From the NCBI RefSeq assembly GCF_964204645.1, contig NC_134025.1, forward strand, positions 16,095,101 through 16,159,100: a stretch of DNA of 64,000 bases. Reading direction: 5' to 3'. The translations under genes and the position numbers were made by a program. The notes beneath the pieces were generated by a model. The model was given only the letters and a program-made list of their open reading frames with translations, was not told the DNA's origin and did no database searches. This DNA is from Tubulanus polymorphus (taxonomy: Eukaryota; Animalia; Nemertea). Shown here one piece after another: positions 1 through 13,813 of the stretch (its first letter is position 1; each line of letters starts with the position of its first letter).

Positions 1-521
1 ATTCGAACAAAATAATCTTCTCATTCGAACACAAAGGTATAATCTGAACCTGGGTTTTCTTTATCCAATATCCATATCATGCCTTTCAGGTTGACGCCCA
101 TCTTCCATGTTTCTGACCATGAACGGAACACAGCTTGTTTAGGTCAGTTTGGAAATGTACTCGGTTGGGTACATTTTGAATTAGGTCGTTTTGGAAATAT
201 ACTCTGTCCGGTTCATTTTGGATTACTCTGTATATCATCTACCAGGACAATCATCCACTAGTTAGACCGATTTATTCCAAGTTTCGTTGATTTCGGCCAC
301 CTGTTTTCATTCAGAAAAATCTCATGGACTGTTTGTCAACCGTCCTTTTATAAAACCGTTTTGACAGTTGAACAGGATTCTAACTTCCCTTCAATTTTTA
401 TGGCATGGTGCGGTTGCATCAGCATACACACGATCGTTGACTCAGTATTCAGATGAGATCAAGAATACGAACGAGGATGTGCAGAAAACACGTTATCGCT
501 GCTTTGCAGCTATATTTATTA

Positions 522-885
522 TAAGGGTTTTCTGTTACTTCCCAGAAAACCCTATTGAGATTCGCGTGTTTCTTATTACGGTTTTCTGTTTCTTCACAGA
601 AAACCCTATTCATATTCACATGATTATTATTAGGGTTTTTGCTTCTTTTGCAGAGACCCTATTGTAATTGTACTGATTATTATTATTATTATAATTATTA
701 TCATTATCATTATTAGGGTTTTCTGTTTTCACAGAAAACCCTATTGAGATTCGCGTGTTTCTTATTATTAGGGTTTCTGCTGCCTTCGCAGAAACCCTAC
801 TGTAATTGTACTGATTATTATTATTATTAGGGTTTCTGCTGCCTCTGCAGAAACCCTATTGGATTCCTGCTGATTATCATTTTAA
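522..885 (+). repeat. Stack of ~6 hairpin 5' heads of a Helentron/HINE-like family separated by (ATT)n
   Basis: Repeated TAGGGTTT(T)CTG-n-CAG(A)AAACCCTA palindromes near 522, 578, 632, 715, 770 and 829. They directly follow the family tail CAGAAAA.ACGTTATCGCTGCTTTGCAGCTATATT (481-515). Confidence 0.7.
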
Positions 886-1966
886 CATATTTTCCACTGA
901 GTTTCGTCACATAAAAATTATCTACTTCCGCGAATCTGAAAGTTTGTGACGTCATTTCATGAATAAACAAAGAAGGAATGCTCCGAGAATATCCAAATCA
1001 CAGGTTACTGTGAATAACTGGGGTTCGACCATTCACAAGTTAAAAATGTACTTTCTTGTTAGTGAAGTAAGTTTATTCATACTGTTATTAAAAGCAGTTC
1101 CTTTTAAACATTCTATAATAGTATAATTTTGTTCGTGGATATCAATACTTCGAAAAATCAACAGCGGTTTATTTATTTATTGTACCGGTACGCGTTTTCT
1201 TAATTGAATTGAATTGGTCCGGGTGATACTAGTTAGCGTCAGAAAATGTCAGCGTCGGTGATACCTTGTTATCGTCGATATTAAACGGTCTAAAGTCAGT
1301 TTATACATCACATACATTACAAATTGGTGGTCCCTTGTACATGTACATCACATCGTGACGCAGCGGCGGTGGTAATGGCGGTGTCATAGAAGAACAAAGT
1401 GAGTTGAAAATACCTACCCACTGCAGTGCACCGATTAAGAGTGATTGCTAGCCAGAGACCAGTGACAGTCAGTAATGGGGAGTGATGGTAACGTTCGTGA
1501 TTATGTTTTTATAATGGTTTTTGGACGTCAATTTCATATGTGAATTGTAGTCCCCATCTGATCGCTTGACTTGTCAGACTGACTTGTCACTCGTCCACCA
1601 ATAGTAACACTATAAGGCCTTCCCTCCTGCATAGTTTACCCTATAGGCCAAATTTGTGCTTTGGGCCAAATTTGGTTTTCTTATCTAGTCGACTTTTTTT
1701 CGAAACTAATTATAACTGAATATGCGCTTAAACTGTCACTGTTATTTCCCCCAAAACCTGGCACATTAGTACTTAGCGCGTAGTAGCACATGCGCGTAGT
1801 AGCACATGTGGGTCAACATATCCATGTTGTGAGTTGACCCCTAGGTGGCACTCTTTCAAAAAAACGGAATGTAAAGAACTGATTTCGGGTGAAATCTTTG
1901 CTCGCATCCCTGAACGACATTCTATCCAGAAAGGCAGAAACCCGTTATCGCTGCTTGCAGCTATAT
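829..1966 (+). mobile_element. Non-autonomous Helentron/HINE-like element copy
   Basis: Starts at a palindromic head and ends in CAGAAACCCGTTATCGCTGCTTGCAGCTATATT (subterminal IR plus GCTGC/GCAGC hairpin), followed by (ATT)n. The same tail occurs near 51520, 53640 and 58010, and inverted near 62160. Confidence 0.5.
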
Positions 1967-3779
1967 TTATTATTATTATTATTATTGATAATTTCACACT
2001 GGATCTTACAGAAAATGTATTCTCAATGAAACCATATTTCATCACAAGTACTTCGTTGCATGGACAAATACTGCACGGGTTTTTTTACCTGATCCTCACA
2101 ATTTAACCACTTCAACTCTCTTAACAGCGCAAATTAGCCCCGTATTGAATAGTTCGCCATTTAAGTGGAGCGTCGTGTTATTCTTGAAAGTGGAGTATGT
2201 TGCCTACTGTTAAAATCCCGGACAATCATATTCAAATTGTGTACTTTATTGTTTCTTTTCACAATATTGTGCGAGTAATATTCCAAGTGACGATAATATA
2301 AGAGGATGAATAATGATACATTTAAACATAAAATAATTTATATGCTATATTCAATTTGGGGGTGTTAGGCGGAACGATTAGTTGTCATTGGAGTCGCGTA
2401 GATCCGAGTTAGACTGGTTACTGCTATCTACCTTCAGTTACAGGAATCGGACACCACTCAGGGACGCCACTCGGCAGGTTGCTCGTCACTTCGATTATCA
2501 ATTCAAGTATAAATAAACAAATTTATTACCGCAAGACTTCACATTCAGCCGCCGTCTTCAAACAGTAATTTTAACAATTACCCCTCATCACGGGGGATAG
2601 GAGATCGTTTCCAGGTCGCTTAAAGTATTCATTGAGTCGTACGCGACCTTTAGGCCAACTGAGCTTTACTGTCTCAAACAAACACATCATAATTGTTGTG
2701 ATTATTTAAGGACTCATGGATTGAACTTCATCCCTAACCCTAACCTTATATGTACAATCTTTATTGCATCCCGGAATGAGAAAGATTATCATAACTTTAC
2801 ATAGTCTTTATATACAGAATCATGAGTATGATGTGAGAACTAGACGTATCGGCCCCACTCCGCGCGGTTGCGCCACCGTGCGGTATTAACGCGAAGCAGC
2901 AGAACACAAACATGGCCACTCTCTCAATTTTCAATGTTAGAAATCGTGTGTGCATTTCAATTATTTCGGCTGTTAGGGTTTTAAGGCACAATATAAGTTG
3001 ATGATGTGATATGGCGATGTTAATTAATGATAATTCCGCAGTGAAGCTAGTCACGAACGGTGCCGATTGAGTGTACAGCTGCCAAAAACACTGAAATGTG
3101 CGTAGTTGCGTAACTATCTGCAGTGAATTGCAGACGAAACATGAAGCCTTAACGGCCGTTTAAGAAAAAATTATACCAATCGCAATTGTAAAATAAAAAT
3201 GAGATAGAACCTAAGTTAAAATTCTGGCCATTTCTGAAATGTTATTACTAATTTTTAGTCAGTGCGGAACGTTTAGTTTTCCAACAATAATGAGGGGTGG
3301 TAGGTAGTCATGCAATTCAAGTCATCATTTATTACACGTTACTTCCGTGTAGTTGAAAATCTCGCGAGTCCTGGACCAAACTCCAATGAACAATGTGATC
3401 TGTGTGCTGGCCACAAATGCACACAGATCACACTACACTACCCATTACACACTCCAGTACCCACAGCTTTCATATATCCATCCAAATATTTAGTTCTTTC
3501 TTCCTGGGTGTCAGACAAGTATACATCAGGACTCACAAACTAACACCTAGTGACTTGTTTGAAAGACATTAATTAATTATTGATGAGCACTGACTACAGC
3601 TAATTACAATGAAAACATATTGAATAATGTCACATGTTGATTACGACTTTGAAGCACATTGATAATATCGTCATAAGTTATATTACATTAGTGATATCAT
3701 TTTCATCATTAAGCATTTCATGTAGTAAGAGATATGAAACATTATGAACCGTTCGATATGAAATTGTAGAAATGTATGA

Positions 3780-5150
3780 TTATAAAATATGTGACTTATA
3801 TCAGGGTGACAGATAGAATAGTGAATAATAATACCTAATTGTTAAATGTCGTTCTGATATATTACATTTTGAGCATACAACTCCATTAGGAGGTCACCCC
3901 TTGGCGTCAATAAGACGTATAGTAACATTTTGAGAGATTTTTTTTGAAAAGCCTAGTGGTGAAATTCTGTCAGATGTGTCATGACTGTCGAGTTGTCAAA
4001 GGAAAGCCAAGGATTCTATCAGCTCCTTCACTACATATCCCGGCCATTGGGGAACAATTTTCGGAGATATTTTGTGATTGTGTAGGGCCTCTACCGAAAA
4101 CAAAATCTGGTAATCAATACCTACTTACTATCACGTGTAAAGCGACTAGATTTCCTGAAGCTATTCCATTGAAAAAAATGATTGACCTTTAATTTGTAAA
4201 GCTCTGGTCATGTTTTTCCCCTTAGTTTTGACTTCCTCGATAGTTTCAATCAGATAATGGATCAAATTTTATGACTGGCATTTTCCAACAGGTTATATTT
4301 CAGCTAGGTATATCGCAAAGGAAGTCTAGTTCTTATCGCGTGAATCACAAGGAGCACTTGATAGATTTCACCAGACTTTTAAATCTATGTTAAGAGTATA
4401 TTTTAATGAGGACGGAAAGGATTGGATGAAGGGGTAGATTTATTACTATTGGCGACGTGAAAGTCGGTAAAAGAGCCTCTGGGATTTTCGCCCTTCGAGT
4501 TAGTTTTTGGACATCAAGTGAGAGAAGTGATAAAACATCTTAAATACCATTGGTTGTCGGATGTAAAGGATGTTCCTTTATTCAAAGTATCCGTCTCATT
4601 TCAAATCTACACTTCATAGCGTATGGAAATGTGCTCGCTCAAACTCAGGTGAAACACTGATAGGACAGTGTATAATAATCTATAAATTGGAAATTCAACT
4701 GTGGTTATACAGCTTTAGTACTCTTCCCTGTTCGGTCCGATTCATTGACGGCTAAATTCCACGGTTCGTAGATAGTTCAAAAGCGATTAAATTATGTTGA
4801 CTATTGAATACGAACTCCAGATCACCGAAAGGAATTACAATTGTGTCATATAAATATGCTTAAACCGTATAAAGAGAAAGTGGTATCTTGCATGTCTTTA
4901 AACCGACCGTTAGGCTCAGAATCGTATTCTAGTATTCAAACTGTAAATAGTTTAGTGGAAAATGCTGATGATTGTTATGAATTCGATAGCTATTTCAACC
5001 GTAGTAGTTTGGGTTGTAACAATGTTGAACTGTAACTAATGACAATTTTCTTGAAAAGATTAATTGTCATTTAGAGCATTTAGAATCCAACGGAAAGGCT
5101 CAATTAACTGATTAACTAATTGAATATAATTAATCATTAAATATTTCCCT
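3780..5150 (+). pseudogene. Decayed Gypsy-type integrase (possibly Gmr1-like INT-before-RT order)
   Basis: Frame-broken motifs: H..PLGGH.GVNKT, CxxC, DCVGPLPKTKSGNQYLLTITCKATRFPEAIPL, QSDNGSNF, SQGALDRFHQT, FSPFELVFGHQVR and HINMLKPY. Many stops and frameshifts. Confidence 0.85.
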
Positions 5151-7094
5151 AAATTATTAGAAAATGCTGATAGTAAGACCGTGGGAAAGTTTTTATCATT
5201 GAATGGGCGAATCACGGCGGCAGAGTGCACCTGTGATGAGGCGGAAATAGTTCTATGTAAAGGCAAAGCTTTTCAATGATTAGAAAGTCGGAGTTGGTTT
5301 GTCAACTTTTTTTTTCAACTATAGTGCTGCTATTTTCGTAATCAAATTGCTAGATTTCGATCGTTTCTCTCAAGTCATTGCTAGTAATTCAAGTGCGATT
5401 TTGATGTGTGTAAAGATACATCCTGACTAGCGTATTGAATGGCGGCGCCATGTTTAAGCTGCGCGTCGATCGTTGAATAGTGAAATTATAGGGTGGAATT
5501 ATCTTGATTGTATCCATACGAATTTTATTAAAGGTTAGTGTCAACATATGGTCCATTACAGTCCCTCTAATTCATGTGGAGAGACGCTCTTAAGCGGGTG
5601 GAATTATCTTGATTGTAGAGACTAAGAGGCCCCATTTTTGTTCCTGCCAAAGTCACATATCACTACGCGATAAACCCTATCTCTATCACATAACTAACCA
5701 GAACTAGAGGACCAAAGGTCCTGTGCTCTCGAGGTACAAATTTTTTGACGCCTTATAAAACATTACCATTATGAAACCTAAACAATGTTAACCATTCAGC
5801 GTAATTTTACAATTCACAACCGTAAATCGATGGGCAAAACGTCACAGGTCTTTGTGTACACATACAAGCTATTTGGCAAAACATAATTGGCAAAGATGTA
5901 GAATGTCTGCCTGTGATTATATAATGAGCCCTATATTTGAACGTCGAAATAGTATATTGCATTGAATATCATTAGAAGACGTATTGTAATAGCAATGGAT
6001 GTATGATTATATCAGAAGCGGCAGGCATAAATAGAAATCATAAGTAAATCGGATTATTCGGGCAAAATGGCGGATGTATACACGATTTGGAAGTCCCAAA
6101 GTAAGACCCTGACATGGAGGAATGACGAAGCTATCTACGATCCGTGTAGGGCCGGCGTGAATTTTATCGGCGGCTACAAGTGTTCAATATAAAAATGTGT
6201 AAACATATAATCTCAATATTGAAATGTTTTACAAACTATGTTCGATATTGGGGTATGCAGGTTTTCTATGTTTTGACCATTACTCGTAGTGCCGTTTTCA
6301 CCTTCGGCCACTTCTGGGATATCTTCAAATTTCGTTCGGCATCGTTTCAGACTCAGATGAAGAAGAACTGGCGCGATCTTTCCGTTTGCCATCAAGGAAA
6401 CCCATTATCAACCGAGATCATGTACGGAGTATCGGGATCGTAGTGTTTCGTGGTTTATACAACTTCACTTACCCAAGCGTGACTATTCAACTACAGGACG
6501 CCGATAACTATGGTTGATCGGTATCAGTTATTATAGTGTACTGTATAAACTTTCTGTCGAGTGAATTTATAAGTACCAATTCACGAATACAGTAGTTTAA
6601 AAAAAGCAGAAACTTAAACATATATTTCTTTTTGATTCTTGAATTGAACTAACATGAAAGAAAATTACCTGCGTTTGGCTGACCCAATTTGGCTCAATTT
6701 TGTCATCGATACTATCATCCAGTTTTGTTGTTAGCTTTTTGTACGCTTCTATGGCAATGGCAACCACTAAACTAAAATCACAAAGAATTCAATTTAACTA
6801 TCGTATGTGATAAGAAATTGCATTATATGATATATAATTCGTTCCAGGACAACATGGCGGACTAGTTGAGAGCACACATTACATCAATGGATTATCGTTA
6901 TGTTTAAGCTGAATTTTCAGTGATCGAGTATTGGATTTCATGATCGTGACGGTAAATTCTTCGAGTCATATACTTGAAATACTGGACCGAGTGTTGAACA
7001 TGTGCATGTACATGTGCATGAGCGGGTACGTCAAAACCATATAATCACCCAATGCTTCACGATCAGTGTTCATAATGATCCGGTGTAGTGATCA

Positions 7095-7620
7095 ATGATT
7101 GTCGGAAATGTCAGATCTGTCATTTCACAACTCGTGTATCATGAACGGACTAGCAACTCCATGGGACCTGTGGAGGTGCGGGAAGGCAACGATAGCACTG
7201 GTACAGGTCCTCCAATCACGGACAGTGACGTTTTTATATCACCTCCCAGTAAAAAGGAGAGGAAAACTCTAAAAACTTAATAGACTAGTGAAAAAAAACG
7301 CAAAATGCAGTCATCCACTACCAGTTGCAATGATACTGAAATCATCACTGATCAATCCCCACCTGATTCGCGTGCTTCACTCGACGAGCTAGATGTTAAA
7401 TTAGATCAATCAAAATCAGATCTTAAAGCCAGTTTCCAGCTGATCAAATGCTTGAATTCTAGGCTCAAACAGGAACTTATGGCCATTAAAACCAAAAGTG
7501 AGGATGACGCTCTCAAATTAGAAACCTTTGGAAGTGAATTCAACCAAATTAAGCACGAGATTACTTCGAATAAACAATATTCCTGACGAATTAATCTGCG
7601 TGTTTATGGAATAGATTGTG
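7095..7620 (+). pseudogene. LINE (CR1/L1-type) ORF1 relic
   Basis: Coiled-coil-like ORF 7305-7586 ends KQYS*RINLRVYGI, matching the EQYSRRxNLRIxGI motif that precedes the ORF1 RRM. Confidence 0.6.
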
Positions 7621-8822
7621 ATAGTGCTAATCTGTATTCTAACTATGTCACTGATAGTCCTGCCAGTCACTTATCTGCCACTAATGGGGACCCTTCTACC
7701 AATTGGAGCGATAAAACTGAATTTTACCGAAAAGTAAATTAGTCTATTAAGTTTTTAGAGTTTTCCTCTCCTTTTTACACCCATATTTTATAAGTGATGG
7801 GTAAAAATCAACGTGTGACAGAAAAAAATGTAGTTAATCATTTAACAATATCGAAATATGTGCTCTCTTTTTAAACTAATGGAGTGATACGCAATTAATC
7901 ACATGGCCTGTATTAAAAGATAGAACATACAAGTTGGATATTTATAAGTCGAAACATGTGAACAGAAACTAAAACTTTGATGTCAGTGACCAGTAAGGAA
8001 TTACACAACGACAATTGGCTTTAAACTCAACAAACATTATTAAAGAATGTTTCAAACAAAATGCTTTATATAACGACATGAATAAACTTGTTTTACAAAA
8101 CAAGAAAGTACATTTTGAACTTTTGAATGGTCGAATCCCATTTATTCACAGTAACCTGTGATGTGGCGATTTTGGAGCCATCCTTCTTGATGACGTCACT
8201 AACAAGTGGTCACGGCCGTACGCGTGCACTCATTTCTTTGAAAATCTAGCTTCCTCGCGGAGCGGGACCTGGTGACGCTGCGCCCGGCCCCCTTCGCGCT
8301 GAGAAATATCTTATTCCCAGTCAGCAGAGACAGGTTCTAAAGATCATAGAGTGCATCGCTGGAGGGTTTCCGATCCATATAATTGAATATGAATTGGTGC
8401 GGTGGCGCTCTCAATGCGGAAGTTTTTGTCATTCCGAATTTTTCAGTCGGTGACGGACGTTTATCGTTGTAAGTGATGTAATATGTAAAAAAATACAGGG
8501 AAACCTATCTCAATTTGTTTTTAGCGATGCAATGCAGCGGAACTAATAAGGAACAATTTGATATATAACATGACCATAGTACACTATCCCTGATGGAATA
8601 ATAAGCTCCACTCGACAAACTCGTTCCCGTGCATTTTTATTTATCTCTGTTTCAGCACACACACAGCCCCTCTACCTACCATCAATGCCTAACCCCTGTT
8701 CGACCAACTGTGGGCGTTTTCCTTTGAAACATAAGCCTAATTGTAAAAGATAAGCATTAATCTAGGTTAATGCTGCATCTTTATCATGAAACCTAAGAAA
8801 GATTATTCTATTGAGGCCTATT

Positions 8823-8930
8823 CAAATTTTCTGTCCACTACCACGTGGAAAAAGACCCAGTCAAAATTGTGCATCACAAATTTTCTGTCCACTACCACGT
8901 GGAAAAAGACCCAGTCAAAATTGTGCATCA
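8823..8930. repeat. 54-bp direct tandem duplication
   Basis: CAAATTTTCTGTCCACTACCACGTGGAAAAAGACCCAGTCAAAATTGTGCATCA occurs twice, exact. Confidence 0.9.
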
Positions 8931-9633
8931 CGCTTTGACGAAGAAATTGGTTCTAGGCTATAAATTTTACGACTCAAACGAATCTTTTCCTCAACAAAGC
9001 CGCTTTTAGTTTGATGCAAAATGTCATTTGCTTTTAAAATGTGTAACTAGGCCTAATCAAAAGGATATTTCAAAGCAAACTTTGCCGGGCCAAGAGCCAT
9101 ATTGAATTCAATTTTTTCCGAACCATTATGCCTCTTTCATCATAACATTATTTATCCTATTTCAAGATCTTAGGCCTACAAGTAGAGAGGGCCTACGTTG
9201 GGTTCAAATCAGAATTTTAAGATTTATTCATTTAATTCCAGGTTTTCACTGTAGATTATTAAAGACATGTGTCGTTGTGGGAGTTCATTGTTGTTTCATA
9301 ATCCATCATTTGTAAGTGTAAGGCTATTTGAGGGATTCGAAACCGACATTTTGTAAATTTTGTAGCTTTATTACGTTTAATTCCAGATGTTTATCATGAC
9401 GCCTTCGTTTTGGGGGTTTGTCAGCGAGTTGGTATGCTGTTGGCAGAAGTAGTTTGATAATTCGTTTCATGTAAGTAAATAGCTATTTGAAGGAATCGAA
9501 ACCAAAATCTGTATAGTGAATTTTTTAGTTGTATTTTGTTTGATTCTAGGTGTTTATCATGAATAGGACATGATTCATTTTGGGAGTTTGTGTGCAAGTT
9601 TGTATACTACGGAACCCCGGAGGGGACATACGA

Positions 9634-10035
9634 GAAAAAAAAATTCATTTACATTAATCCGTGCGCACGGACGTTATTGCGATTAGTCAGTGCGCATATG
9701 GTAAGGGCGAGTGTATGCGTTATAGAGCTCAGAGAAGTGTTACAGTCCTGAAGAGAAGAGCTCTATAACGCATACACTCACCCTTACCATATGCGCATTG
9801 ATATTATAGTCGAAATAATGTCCGTGCGCACGGATTAATGGGAATAACGTCCGTACGCGCGGATTAATCGAAATAACGTCCATGCGCGCGGATTAATCGA
9901 AATAACGTCCGTGCGCACAAATTAATCGAAATAACGTCCGTGCGCACGGATTAATCGAAATAACGTCCGTGCACACGGATTAATCGCAATAATGTCCGTG
10001 CGCACGGATTAATGTAAATGAATTTATTTTTTCAT
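9634..10035. mobile_element. MITE-like element with an internal 30-bp minisatellite and a nested hairpin
   Basis: Ends AAATTCATTTACATTAATCCGTGCGCACGGAC ... GTCCGTGCGCACGGATTAATGTAAATGAATTT are inverted. About 7 units of TCCGTGCGCACGGATTAATCGAAATAACG at 9815-10015. A separate ~40-bp-arm hairpin lies at 9691-9797. Confidence 0.75.
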
Positions 10036-10999
10036 ACGACCCCAATTCCTCAGATTTATTTTAATTTATTCCAGGTTGTTACCAGAAAAATATGTACTTT
10101 ATTTCATAGGTTGGTCTTTGATTGAAAACTAAAAATGGATGATAGTTCTAAATTTGATGTTGATTCACATGACCAATCTAGTAAGTATGGCTCACTCGTC
10201 TTTTAGAATAAGAGACCTATTGCATTAATCCTTCAATTCAAGTTGCTATACAACCTTTTATACAGATATTAACCTTATCAATATAAACATGTATTTGCCA
10301 TTAGCCATAACATTCAGTAAAACTTTTCCCGTCCAGATTTTGAAACATCATTTCACTCAATTTTTCCTCCTAGAAAATTGCTTTAGCTCATTCCAATGTT
10401 CGCAGTAAAAGTGAATTGTAGTATGTATGATTCCCATCCATCAATTTTGTCTTGTTTTGTATTTTTAGCGAAATCATCTCGAAAAAGTCTGACACAGAGG
10501 CAGGTGGTGGCCAGAAAAAGAAATATTCTTGGGAAATATTTAAAGACGCATGACAAACACACTTATTGTTCACTTTTTCTATCCTTATTTTGAAATTGAA
10601 GTATTGTAATAAACTATTGATTTATTTTTGTCAATCAACGGAACTTGTTTTGTTTTTTTCTTTCTTAATTTACATTTGATTTGGATGGTCATCTTGCGTA
10701 GGAGTCAGTTTGTCATCGAAGCATGCAGTCTAACTTGTTGACGTCTCGGATGCAGCAGAGCAGGGCGGTCATTATATTGTGGACTTATCCAAATTACACT
10801 TACGCAGCCCAACGTGTTTCAGTGTGTAAAGGAATTGAGTTTTAGCCACCTGAGCCCTCTGCTTGATTCAACAAAAAGACCTTAACTGACTTCACAGAAT
10901 TTGATTATGAGTCAAGGATTTTCTAAATTTTTGAATATTTTCTCTGGTTTTAAGATCAATTCAAATTCAATCTCCAATACATAAAAATTAGTCAAATAA

Positions 11000-11220
11000 G
11001 GCTAAACAAAATTGATACCTTGTTTCTCCGCTCTACTGAGCTTAAATGTTGACCCGGCCGGCCGCCTATCTACCCTATACATTACTTTTTTTTAAAATCG
11101 TGATCAATTTTACCATAAGAGACCCGGCCGCTATAGAAATGAACTGTTTATAAATTTTATCATATTTTACAAAAATGACCCGGCCGCTGCGGAGAAACAA
11201 GGTATCATTTTTGTTTAGCC
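11000..11220. mobile_element. MITE, PIF/Harbinger-like (TAA flanks)
   Basis: TIR GGCTAAACAAAATTGATACCTTGTTTCTCCG ... CGGAGAAACAAGGTATCATTTTTGTTTAGCC, flanked by TAA on both sides. Confidence 0.8.
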
Positions 11221-12532
11221 TAAATTTTTATTTTATCGAAAGAAATTCTACTGAACACAGATTTTGAAATGAAGGATATATAAATAATTACAGCAAAATC
11301 TACTGATGATCATCAAGGTGAAGTTTTCATTCATCTTCGGCTAATTTGTCTACCCCTGATGATTGAAGCATTTTGGTTACACGCGCCAATTAGTCAGCCA
11401 CAGTCAATTTTCATTCCATCTGACCTGTTTCCATCTGTAATTAAGCCATCAAATGTAAGAATTACTTAGATAAGGAGCGAAACAAAATATAATATCTTAG
11501 GAGACTTATTTAAATCATGAATTTGTTGTGAAAATCTATACTACAGTCTCGTAGAACATAGACACCAAGCCAAGTGGCATTGGTATTTTGAGGGTATTCA
11601 GTTTACTCCAAAACAAGTCTATGATTAACATTAAAAAAAGGTTCATATCAAGGGTACGTCGCAGGACACTTGACACGCATGAATTATCATCCCATGATAA
11701 CAACTGATTACTAATCCAAATATTGCATTACAAAAAAACAATTACGCAAAACGTCAAGTACTTACAGCATCTGAGACAGTTGTGCTTCAGTTAGAGTGTT
11801 AAGTTATGTCTTTGGCTGTCAATGTCGAAAAAGCCTAATTTGAAACATGTATTTGTGCACTGTGGTTTAAATATATTCCTGCAAGAATCCGCAAAGGAAT
11901 TGAAGACTGTAGTAACCAGTTCATTCCAAGTGAAAAATAGCTGGAAAGAAAGTAATCAAAATATATTGTCGTGCACATTCAGTGTAAACCAGGCCATAAC
12001 TAGCTGCTATTAAGGCATTCCACTGACTGGCTCTACCCACTATATTTAGGGCCTAAATCTATTCTAGGCGCATCCCCCAAAAAAGCTAGGCATTAAGTAA
12101 GTAGCCAACAATGATCATTGCTTCACCATGTACTCATTTGCTACCATAGTCACATTATCAAAGAAATCATTTAATACGTTCCCTGGTTAATGGATTCTCA
12201 CCTTAAAATACATAAACTCCGCTGTCGTTGTCATCGATCCGAGTCGTCAACTGAACGCGGAAGTAAAATTCCGTGTGAAAATTCCTACAATTTCTGTCCA
12301 TATCACGTTGATTTGAGTCCGAAATCTTCAGGAAATGTAGCCAACGTAAATTGATTTACGAATAGAATTCATCAATTGACTCATTTTAGGAATCATGGTG
12401 TCGTGAAATTCATTTAAGTCCTAAAACTCGCGATAAATTTAAGCCGAAAATGATTTCAACCATCCACCATGTTGTTTCATTAATAAAACAATTGTTGCCC
12501 GCTGGCGCAGCTACGTGTCCTACCTAAATGCA

Positions 12533-12600
12533 TGGTTTCACTAGGATTCGAACCCTCAACCTCTCAGTTGGGAGTCAAACACCTTATCCACCATGCCACA
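12533..12600 (-). pseudogene. tRNA-derived sequence (SINE head or tRNA pseudogene)
   Basis: Minus strand reads GTGGCATGGTGGATAAGG (A box) ... GGTTCGAATCC (B box) ... ACCA with tRNA-like spacing. The cloverleaf is imperfect. Confidence 0.6.
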
Positions 12601-12929
12601 GGACAGGACGCTGTTTTTATCGTTAGTGGGGGTACCGGACAGGGCGAGTCGCGATTGCTACTATCATCCAGTGTTATCTTTCAGTAAGTAATTTTAAGTT
12701 TGAAATAGGACGGAGAGTGCATAGATATAATCTGCGCGGAGCGAATGCGTGTTATATTACTATCAGAATTCTACATTTCAATTAGAAGCTGTTAGTTGTC
12801 GAATCTGATAGAAGATGAATTTTATGTGTGAAAAAAAAGTGGAAAATATGTAAATAATAATAATAACAATCAACAGAATTACAAGAGGGTTTTCGACGAA
12901 AGTCAGAAAACCCTAATAATAAAGACTTT

Positions 12930-13606
12930 GACTTTATGAGTAATTTGATAAGTAAACATCGGAAACTTACCAAATGTGGTAGGGTAGGTATATTTATTAA
13001 AGACACAATTACATATAGAACGAGGGTTGAATTGGCAATTCTCAAACAGAAAGAATTTGAATCTTGTTTTATTGAAATCACTAGAATTGGTACCACTAAA
13101 ATTACCATCATTGGCGAAATCTACAGAATATCTGGTACTAACGAATCAGATTTCCTATGCGATTATGACAACGTGGTTAAAAAACTAAAAATAGTAACAT
13201 AATACTTGGCATGGATCAAAACCTAGATCTAATATAAGAGTGGATTCCCACACCAATACCCAAACTTTTCTCGATATTAACCTCAACAATAACCTATGTC
13301 CAACAATTTTGAAACCAACGCGTACTACGCATCAAAGCGCTACTCTCAATGACAATTTATTTATAAGTTCAAACCTTTGTGAGACTTGTGACAGTTGTAT
13401 TCTTATTAGTCATATTTCCGACCACTTGCCGTGCTTTAATTCCTTACATGTGCTTCCTCAATCTTTACCTAATAGTAAATGCAGAACCCGCCATTTAAAC
13501 GGTGAGAAAATAACTCGAATCAATTCAAAATTATGTTCAACTGATTGCACTCATTTGGCAAACCTTAACGCGAATGACAGTTATACTTACAAAATTACTA
13601 TGAAAA
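12930..13606 (+). pseudogene. CR1/L2-like LINE ORF2, APE endonuclease part (left of the DIRS insertion)
   Basis: Motifs CGRVGIFIK, FESCFIEI, IIGEIYR, PTRTTHQSATLNDNLF and ISDHLPCF, with stops and frameshifts. Confidence 0.85.
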
Positions 13607-13765
13607 ATTACAATTTTGTTCAAAAATTGGTATTTACGAGGAATACTTACCTGGGAAAATACACTATAGCCATATTGCTTTTGGCTAGGCAGATAACGCC
13701 CGAATCGACTTTTGGTAGGGGCGCCGTAACATAGCGCCATCTGGCGAGACGCCATCATCTTTTTG
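13607..13765 (-). repeat. DIRS 3' (right) ITR with 3' extension
   Basis: CTGGGAAAATACACTATAGCC...CATCATCTTTTTG is the reverse complement of 23186-23300. Extension 13607-13650 matches the first half of the ICR. Confidence 0.95.
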
Positions 13766-13813
13766 CGCCAATAATCCCTCAATCGCCTGGGGGACGGCTG
13801 GGTGGGAATACCC

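Noticed and set aside
522-885. CRISPR array
   Set aside because: Eukaryotic TE context with no cas genes. The spacers are related to each other and end in (ATT)n, so transposon termini explain it better.
2732-2746. Interstitial telomere (CCCTAA)n
   Set aside because: Only about two units. Such short tracts are common inside dispersed repeats.
6213-6443. Host exon
   Set aside because: Short overlapping ORFs with no recognisable motif or clear splice pair.
13643-13654. U1 snRNA gene
   Set aside because: Only the first 12 nt match U1. The downstream sequence is the DIRS ITR, with no U1 stem-loops or Sm site.
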